Assembly (NCBI RefSeq): GCF_000315625.1
Contig: NW_005434639.1
Coordinates: forward strand, 594,363 to 658,362
DNA from: Guillardia theta CCMP2712
Taxonomy: Eukaryota > Protista > Cryptophyta
DNA: 64,000 nt
Reading direction: 5' to 3'
Shown: piece after piece, positions 55,276 through 64,000 of the stretch
How positions within the stretch are numbered: the stretch's first letter is position 1
Layout: every line of letters begins with the position of its first letter
Translations under genes and position numbers: made by a program
The notes under the pieces: model-generated
Databases searched by the model: none
The model's input: only the letters and a program-made list of their open reading frames with translations
What the model was told of the DNA's origin: nothing

Positions 55276-55360
55276 TCTCATGGTCCTCCCTTACTCCCCC
55301 TGTTCCTCCTGTCTCTCCACTTCCTGCACTTGGACAGTCCGACCGAACCAACCAGCCATG
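54718..55360 (-). CDS. Small hypothetical multi-exon protein with microsatellite-filled introns
   Basis: Last exon reads ..WRTDQLISWMFASFTALLGGDIDREYCAKLYDDYDKT..LQ*; upstream structure is obscured by (CTCCTG)n tracts. Confidence 0.4.
55000..55275. repeat. (CTCCTG)n hexanucleotide repeats
   Basis: Direct reading. Confidence 0.9.
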
Positions 55361-55974
55361 AACTGCATATATTCCATTTTAATTTTAAGTATTTCATACA
55401 AAAATATTTCAAAATGGTTTTATTGAAGTTATATTTGTCTAATTTTCTGTAACTGTATTTCTTATACATTATATATACAGTCAAAGTGTAAAAACACTTT
55501 TTGAAGCTATTTTCGGTACTGCCCTCCCGCACCATGGCGATCAAGGCTCAGGTCAGTTTCAGCACTGGCGGCCACGGGGTGACAGACTGCTGGGGAGGGG
55601 ATGAGCCTCTGGGGGGGGAGTGAGGAGGAGGAGGAGAAGGAGGAGAAGGAGGAGGAGGAGGAGGAGGAGGAGAATATGGTTATGGCTGTGGGATAGTTGT
55701 AAAGGACTGAGGAGTAGGCACAGAGTGAATTGTCAGGAGTCATGAATATAGAGATTCGTCGAGGCATCGAGAGTAAGGAGATGCAGAACGATCAGGTCTT
55801 TCTTTGGTCGCCATATTCGCTGCTGATGTCTACCCGCACATCTCGGCGACGACTGACCGTGTGCAGCAGGGGCAAGAGGGCTATGGCTCGACGAGCATGC
55901 GGCAGGGTGACCATGTCATCTATGTGAGCATCGGAGATGCCCAGGGTCGCAGAAGACATTTTGGTGAGAATCGG

Positions 55975-57228
55975 ATGGGAAAGGCTGTGTTGGGAGGCCT
56001 TGCCTTGGTTCTTTGTGCCTGCCTCCTCGTTTCTTCAGCCATGGAGGAACGAAAGTATGTACCCTTCTCCAGCGTTCTTGCGGTGTGGAAGGAGCAGATG
56101 GCAAACATCAAGAAGCTTGAAATGCAGCTTGCTGCCAAGGAGGTGAAGAAGGACATGGTAAACAAGGCTTCGATGCACCTGCGCGCTGCGGACAAAGCGA
56201 TCGCATTTCAGCTGGCAGCTCAGCCGGTCACAAGCAAGCTTGCAGTAGACTGCGCAAAGAAGGACTCGTATGACATCCTGAAGAACGCTTTTACTGGCCT
56301 TGCAACCAACATCTCAGCTGAGAATGCAACCTTGTTTGCCAAGGACCAGGAGCTGTACGCGGCTGCCACAGAGGCCAAGGAAAAGTGGCTCACAGCTGAA
56401 TCCAAGTTTCGCAGCGCAGAATCCGATCACAAGTCAGCTAAGGAAGCTGCAGCCTACGCAAGGTCAAAGTACGACTTTTACGAGTCGGCGGTGACTCAGG
56501 GCCAGAACGAGTATGATGCGGTCAAACCCCAACTTGATTCTGAGAAGAGTCAGTTGTCTGCAGAGCTCCCAATCTTGCAGCAGATCAAGGCCCTGATTAG
56601 CTCGATGAACGGAGCATCGACTAAGGCAGCCCCTACTTCTCTCATGCAGGTTGGCAACTTGAAGTCGCTCATCCTCTCGCTCTCCCCACCGTCCCGGAAC
56701 AAGAAGATCGCGAAACAAATCACTCACGTTCGAACGGTTCTGGCAGAGACTAACACAGTCGGCACCATGGCTAGCATGCTTTCAGTCATTGACGGGATTG
56801 TTTCTCACATTGAAACCCGAGTCACCGAGATCAACAACGATGTCGCCAGGATGGAGAGCGATCTCAACGACAACAAGGGAAAGAGAGAGTCTTGGCAAGA
56901 GAAGGTCGTGGATCTCTCAGACGCTGCTGATAAGGCCGAGAACAAGATGAACTCGGCTGGTTTGGTCCGCCAGCAGCTCGGTAAGTGATAGAGAGGAGGG
57001 GGTGTAAGGGTTGAAGAGCAGTGAAGATTCATCCAGGTGGAGATCACTTGGTCAAGCAACAGGACTACGAGGACAATCACGCTACCTTCTTGGACGAGGC
57101 TGAGAAGGTTTGTGACTGATGAATTGTCAAACGGACAGCTGACATAAACTTTGCAGTTGACCAGACAGTCGACAGCCATTGCAGTCATTCTGAAGAAGAT
57201 CAATGATGCAATCAGTCAATGCGGCTAG
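55975..57228 (+). CDS. Secreted or membrane-anchored coiled-coil protein
   Basis: MGKAVLGGLALVLCACLLVSS signal/TM segment, long Ala/Lys/Glu heptad-rich helices and two short terminal exons. Confidence 0.7.
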
Positions 57229-57526
57229 GTTGCAAAGCGCCATAGCTTTGCCATACTTTCAAACACATCTTTCTTCTCACTCGTCAAGTTTGAGTAAAGT
57301 TTTTTTACTTGCATCACAGCTCTGCACTCGCAGCACTGAATTAGCAAAACCTGTGTAATCACCAACACACAAGTGTCTTCTTTCAACAGTAATAATACAC
57401 AATTCATTTCTCTTGTTTCAATTGCACACTGGTTAGCTTCATCCACCTTGCTCGAACCCTGCGAGCCTTATGATCAGGTAGAGGAACTATCAGTAAGAGT
57501 TCGCACATGTCCGAACGGCAGGCCCC

Positions 57527-58266
57527 TCAGGCATCGTCGTCTGCCGCGCCTCCACTGACGTTCTTGAACTCATGCAGCGTGTGGTAAATCGTTCTGAACG
57601 CAATGTCGATATCCCTCTTGTTCTTGGCACCCGTAAGAACAATTTTCCCCGAGACGAAGATAAGGAGCACAACCTGAAACTCTCTCAGCACATCCTTGTA
57701 CCATCAGCAAGAGGGCAGTCAAACCTTGGGTACCAACATTCGGTAGATGAGACCAGGGAACAGCTCGGGCTCGTAGCTGCAGTAGTTCTGATGAGCATAT
57801 GCAAGCTTCTCCAAGCGGATGGGAAAGCGAACATCGCACGATCCCACGATGTTCTGTATCTTGAACTCTGTGAACTTGGCGCTGAATCCAAGCTTCTGGA
57901 TGATGCGAGCAAATTTTCTGGAGGCTAACCTTGCACTCTCTTCGCTCTTGGCTCCTGTGCACACCATCTTCCCCGAGGCAAAGATGAGCGCTGTTGTCTT
58001 AGGCTCTCGAATTCGCATGATCACTGCTGCAAATCGCTTGGGATTGTACTCGGCGTTTCTGGCCTGAAGCGTGATAGTCTTCAAGTTCAAGCTGCAGTTG
58101 AGATTCACTGTCGCAACGATGTTTCTGCACAATCAAGTTCAACGAGTGGTCAAGTCAGACAACGAGCAGCTTACTGCAAGGACGGCGTGATGCCATTTGT
58201 CATGTCCAGATCATTGTCATACTCATTCATCATTCCATTATCACCCATGTCATCGTTCATCGACAT
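57527..58266 (-). CDS. TBP: TATA-box-binding protein (canonical), multi-exon; start approximate
   Basis: GITPSLQ|[73 protein letters not shown]|[17 protein letters not shown]. Confidence 0.97.
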
Positions 58267-59484
58267 GTTGATGCTGATCAAACTTTGAGATCTCCAGAGA
58301 ATCCGTCCGTGGAGAACTCAGGCGAGCAAGTTCAGGTTGTGCAGTGGATAGGGCTGTCTGGTTACAAGCTATAGCGCCATGAATCTCACGCTCTGACCGG
58401 TCCAAGTCTGTAGTGACCAGTAAGAGAGATGGAGCTAACAAAATAATGGGCAAGAGAAACATCGTTTGGGCATGCGGTGACAGAAACATAGCACGAGACG
58501 AAACAATGACGGGTATGCACGCATGCCGGTACACCAATAGCGCATAAACATGCACTGTAATACTCCCTATACAGCGATGAGAAACCAACTAGTCATGTCA
58601 AGTGAAATAACAATCATTCACTCGATATGCAAAGCGATTGACCCTATGGCTGCCCCTTCCTAACGAAAAACCTTTCACACGCATATTTCCCTTTCATCCG
58701 ATGCTACATAAAGAATAAACCACTTTTCCTACCATTTCATCACAAAATGATTCTTCGCCATCACAAAAATGTTTTCAGTGAGGACTAATATCCTAATCCT
58801 CCTCCATCCTCCTCCCTCCCATACACGATTTCATCCCGCTGCCGCCGCATGGCGACAACCACATCGATCCAGGAATTGCCAAGGGGGTCTTTTGAAGACA
58901 TGGACCCACCCCTCTATCCACATAATCTCCTAAGGAGCTAGGAAAATCAGTTGACACTTATACTAATTTATTTTTATCAAATATGTCATCGGCAATGTAG
59001 ACTAAAACATGTGAGGGGTAGGACAGACCACCCACTAGTAATTTTGCACCCACCCCGGTAATATTTATACTGCTTTCCGCGTGGGAAGGAACAAAAATAA
59101 CGACAAATTGGTTTTAAATCCTCTAAATGTATTTCTGGTACACAAATGCAATTGAAGTTGAAAAAATAAGAATTGCTTAATGTTATGTCATGTACAAATT
59201 AATATATCTATTGTATAAATTCGTAATAAATTTAGTACACGAATATCCTTATATCGAGTATATACACAAATATGATGAAAAATAATCAGATTACAGTACC
59301 AATTTGAGTAGAGTTTATTTGTACCATTTTTAACATTTGTACAGAGTAGAACAATAATATTTTTGAATGGTACAAGGAGCCCAAAAATGTAATTGAGTTA
59401 GCTGTGAGTGCACGGCTTTGCTCGTAGAATGCAAGTAGAGCGGGGGCAAAAGGGGGATGAGGGTAAAACAGGGGTTGTCGGGGC

Positions 59485-62249
59485 ATGGCCGGGGCTGACT
59501 GGATAGCGAGATGCAGGAAGCAGGGGGAGGAGATCAAGAAGATCGTGAGAGCATGTGAGGAGGAGGGGAGGAGCTTCGTAGACCCGCTCTTCCCTCCTTC
59601 CCCCTCCTCGCTCGCTCGATGCACAGGGCACGAGGAGGTCTGGTCGTGGAGACGACCGTCGGAGATGTGCGATGGAGAGCCCTCGTTGTTCTCAGGTGGG
59701 ATGGGAGCTGGAGATGTCGTGCAGGGGAGGCTCAGGGACTGCTGGTATCTTGGAGCGCTCTCCATCATGGCAGGGAGGAGGAGGGAGAGGCTGGAGGCTC
59801 TGGTGTGCTTCGGCTGGGTTGCTCGAGGGGTCCATGCGGTACGGTTCTTTGTGGAAGGGAGGTGGGTGGTGGTGGTGGTAGACGATCTGATCCCGTGCGA
59901 TCGTTTCGGAAGGCCCATCTTCGGGAGGTGCAGGAAGATGGAGCACTGCTGGGTTCAAATCTTCGAGAAGGCCTTCGCAAAACTCTGCGGGTCGTACGCT
60001 GACATCGAGGGTGGGTCAGAGGAGGAGGCCCTGGTTTGCTTGACTGGGGGGATGCCCAAGATTGTTGACCTGCGAGAGGTTCGTTAACGTGTCAGCATGC
60101 CCTCCCACCCCTCCTACCCACCCCTCTTACCCACCCCACACACCCACCATCCCCGCTCGCTCTTGCTGCTTATCTCGGCTTGCGCTGTGTTGTAGTGGTT
60201 GATGATGATGTGTTGGCCGCCGTCAGAGGGAGGAGCTGCTGCTGGACGGGCAGATGTGGGTCAAGCTAGTCAAGTACTCCGACAACGGGCACCTCATGGG
60301 CTGTGCCAACCATGTGGCCGCAACCAGCGGCAACATCATCCGGGATCACGCTTACTCCATCCTGTCAGTCTACTCAGGTAGTGAGGTGAGGACCTAGTGC
60401 CCCATGTTTGATGCGTTCTCCTGCAGTTCCGCACGTTCCAGGAGACGGGCTGCTGCTCCTTAGGAACCCTTGGGGCAAGCATGAGTGGACAGGACGCTAC
60501 TCCCGGGAGTCTCCGTCGTGGGAGGATGTCGACGACAATATCCTGAGCATGCTGGGGCTGACGCGCGAGGCGTTAAGACGGGAGGTATTCGAGGATGGCA
60601 GCTTCTTCATGTGCTGGGAGGATTTCTACTCCCACTTCGACAGGATCTACGTGTGCAAGCTGCCCAAGTCAGGATCTTCCCGCCTCACGCTGGAGGGGAG
60701 CTGGAGAGGGGAGAGAGCGGGGGGCTGTCTGAACCATCCTACCTTCTCCGACAATCCCCAGTACCATCTCACGGTCCCGTTCCCTTCCACCATCCTCGTT
60801 CAACTGTTCCAGAAGCAGGATCAGAGCGATCAGAGCTGGAGGCTGTCCACCAGCCCAGCTCGGCATATCGGTGATCCGTGCTGGGGTGCTTGGTGAGGCG
60901 CGGCTGAGCGTGCCCTGCAGGCCTGTATGTGGTGGTTGCCAACGACCTGCCCGAGGAGAGGGCGCTGTGCTACGTGAAAGATGCTCCGGGGATCATGGTA
61001 GCGAAGACCAAGGTCTTCTTGAACGCATGGCAGACTTCGGTCAAGTTCAGGACCGCTGGGTACGAAAAGTTTGTGATATTCCCCTGCACCTTCACGCCGG
61101 GGGTCGAGGGTCAGTTCGCGGTCTCCGTGCTGACCCTGGGGGCCTCTCGCCCCGTCGTGCTCAAGGAGCTGACGCTGCGCCATGAGAAGGTAGCGGTGGA
61201 GGGAGAGTGGGGGCTGGAGAGCTGCGGGGGGTGTATGAATCATGCTACATGGCTGGAGAACCCAGCGGTGCTCTTGCACGTCAAGACCCCAGGGGGCAAG
61301 GCCTCCCTCTTCCTCCAGCTCAGCATCCAGCTGCAGGCGTCGACAGGGATGGGACTCTACGTCTTCGCCTATGAAGGGGAGCCGTCCATCGGCAGGAGGA
61401 ACCTCGTCCGCTCGACTGAGCCCTTCATGGTCGCCAGACAGGTTGAAAGCCGAGGCTCCTCCCTGTACCCTCCAGAACCTCTCAATACACCCTTCCGCAC
61501 CATCCTCGCCCTCCTCGCCCTGCTCCTCTTCCTCCTCCTCCGCCTCCTGATCTGAGCTTCAGGTCTCCCTGGATGTGTCAGGCCTCGTTGGCTCCTTCCT
61601 CGTCCTGCCATGCACCTTTGAGCCGATGCAGCACATGGGAGCTTTCACTCTCACGCTCTTCAAGGACCCGGAGGTGACGGAAGTCTCACCCCCTTACAAT
61701 CCTCTTCTCATCTTCTTCCTCTCGCTTTCATCGTCCTTGTGCCCTCCTCTCATCCTCTCCTCCTCTCCTCTCCTCCTCCTCTCCTCCTCCTCTCCTCCTC
61801 CTCTCCTCCTCTCCTCCTCTCATCCTCTCCTCTCTTCTCCCTGCTCACTGTTTCTTCCTCTCCCCGCAGATCGAGGCTAGCATGGAACTTCTCTCCTGCT
61901 CCTGCAGGCAGCTCTTCTCGCACGGGGAGCTAGGGAGGGTCTTCTCCATCCCCGATCGATCGCTGCTGCTACAGGAGGTGAGCAACGGTCAGCATCGTAT
62001 CCTCCCTGACGCTGCTGCAGATCCATCGCCTCCTCCAGCTCCCTGCCCGCCTCTCTGCCTCCAGCCAGACACCGCGAGAGAGTCATGGGCATAGAGTGAG
62101 GGTAACAAAGGTAGGAGGAAGGAGTAAGGAGGAAGGAGGAAGGAGGAAGGAGGCGGAGTCGCTCACTTGGTTTGAAGGAGGACGAGGACGAGGACCTTGA
62201 GCTCGCTATCGCCCTGTCGCTGAGTGAGAAGGAGGCAGGGAGCTCGTAG
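59485..62249 (+). CDS. Calpain-family cysteine protease (CysPc, two calpain domain-III/C2-like modules, C-terminal UIM)
   Basis: Catalytic triad QGRLRDCWYL / DHAYSIL / LRNPWG; EKAFAKLCGSY; GSWRGERAGGC..NPQY and GEWGLESCGGC..NP; terminal EDEDLELAIALSLSE. Confidence 0.9.
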
Positions 62250-62512
62250 GTGGCGAGGGGAGCGAGATGTGAAGGATGGGAGGGGGCAAAGATGCGAGGG
62301 GGGTGAGGAAGGCAAAGAACGGGAGAGGAACATGCGAGCAAGGGAGCACAGGGAGCGGGAAGTAGAGAGTACAGGGAGCAGGGAGGAAGGGAGCAGAGAG
62401 CAGGGAGCAAGGGAGCGGGGAGCAGGGCAAGGGGGGGAGAAGAAAAGTATCACTGTAAACTATACGATCTTAATGAAACAATAAAATTTTGAGAGCTTGA
62501 CAGGGTTGACCG

Positions 62513-63248
62513 CTACAGGGTCAACCAGTAGTCTACGTATGGGCAATCAGAAGGCTTGGGAGGGAAGGAGGATTGAGCAGTCTGCAGGAGGAACAGGTCA
62601 GGTGCAGCTGGGAAGAGAGGGTGTCATACCGGGCAGATGGAGGTGGGAATGGAAGAGAGATGGTCGAGAGAAACCTTAGGGCGATTGACAACGCGGAAAG
62701 TTGCTTCGCCGGGAGAGACATTCTCGCTGAGATGAGAGGTGAGAGGAGAGGAGGAGAGGAGGAGGGAGGAAGAGGAGAGGAGAAAGGAGGAGGAGAGGAG
62801 GAGGAGGAGGAGGAGGAGGAGGAGAGGAGGAGGAGAAGAATTGGAGAGGAGTAGGAGATGTAGAGGCTGGGGAGCATGGGACAGATAGAACGGAGTGCAG
62901 GGGAGGAGGGGATAGGAGGAGGAGAGGAGAAGGGAGGAAGGTAGCAGAGAGATGAGACAAATCTTGTGGAAGGAGCAAATTGAAAACCAGGGAAGGAGGA
63001 CGTCTCTGGAATGTAAGGAGCAGAAGGGAGGGAGGGAACGAGGTGGAAGAACGAGGAGGAGGAGAAAGGAGGACAGCGAACAACCTTCGGACTCGTTCTA
63101 CTTGCCCGTCGTAGAGGAGAGTCTCTACAAGCTGAAAGACTTCCTCCATCGTCAGATCACACTTGATCACGTCTGCACCATTGTCAGTTGCAGGTGGTGA
63201 GGCAGCGAAAGATGACAAGGAAAGTGGAGGAGGGAGAAAGAGTAGGGG

Positions 63249-63284
<36 letters not shown>

Positions 63285-63629
63285 AAGGACGAGGACAAGG
63301 ACGAGGACGAGGACGAGGACGAGGACAAGGACAAGGACAAGGACAAGGACAAGGACAAGGACGAGGACGAGGACGAGGACGAGGACAGGAAGTTGCAAGA
63401 GAAAGGGCGGGGGACGAGAGGCGGAGGAGGAGCATGGAATACCCTTGGCTTTCAGAAAGTCCCTGACCTCAGCTACCGAGCCTCCCTTCCTCTGTCTCAT
63501 GTTGAAGAAGCAGAGAGCAATCTGTGCGCTGCTTTCGACCATCTCCGTGTCCAGCTCGCCGGACGTGTACCTTGCAAGCAGCATGAGGACAGCAACAACC
63601 ATCCTCCTGCTGCTCCTTCTCATCCTGCT

Positions 63630-63691
<62 letters not shown>

Positions 63692-64000
63692 TCACAGTCT
63701 CGTGCTCCTGCTCTTGCTCTTGCCCTTCCTTCTCCTGCCCCTGCCCCTGCTTCTCTTGCTCCTCCTGCTCCTCCTCACCAGTTCCCTCCCGTCAGCTCTG
63801 CGCTCGGTTCGAGCTCGTTGAGGATGTACATCTTCTTCTTCCCCGTGTGCACGGAGGTGAAGTCTTTGATGAGTTTCCTTAGCAGACAAGGCACGTCAGG
63901 CCCTCCCGGACACCACGGGCAGCGCGGTCGGCACCTCTTCATCAGCTTCTCGATGATAGTCTTGATCGTGTTCTGGTTCGTAATCCCCGTCCTGGACTTG
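62513..64000 (-). CDS. RPC34: RNA polymerase III subunit RPC34/RPC6 (5' part lies outside the window)
   Basis: KLIKDFTSVHTGKKKMYILNELEPSAELTGGNW|YTSGELDTEMV; LTMEEVFQLVETLLYDGQVERV; Cys-containing tail TCSSC..DCPYVDYWLTL*. Confidence 0.85.
63250..63387. repeat. (GGACGA/GGACAA)n repeat in intron
   Basis: Direct reading. Confidence 0.9.

Overview
A compact, GC-rich eukaryotic nuclear window with short (~50-60 nt) GT-AG introns, many filled with microsatellite, and two 100-N gaps. The style and gene content suggest a cryptophyte alga such as Guillardia theta (inference, not verified). Recognisable genes encode a large IPT/TIG+EGF protein, a CRAL-TRIO protein, a Cep192/ASH-like protein, plastid-type RimM, a SAP+RRM protein, a Gly-rich repeat secreted protein, mitochondrial Hsp60, a bZIP, a PhyH-dioxygenase/class-V PLP-enzyme fusion, a bromodomain-ET protein, canonical TBP, a calpain and Pol III subunit RPC34. 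Three things stand out. (1) The bZIP at 31244 has a twin stem-loop IRE1-type site; excising its 23-nt non-spliceosomal intron removes a hydrophobic segment and switches into a long acidic overlapping frame, i.e. a candidate bZIP60/XBP1/HAC1 unfolded-protein-response switch. (2) A ~10.6-kb nested palindromic island (43.8-54.4 kb) has divergent TBP-like genes as outer arms and triple Zn2Cys6 genes as inner arms, and encloses a decayed, intron-containing Fanzor (TnpB-derived RNA-guided nuclease). (3) One TBP-like copy can be spliced in frame to an exon encoding a histone H3 tail mimic (MARSKQIARKST). Intergenic DNA repeatedly shows GGGGTA/TACCCC-rich blocks next to CpG-rich palindromic islands.
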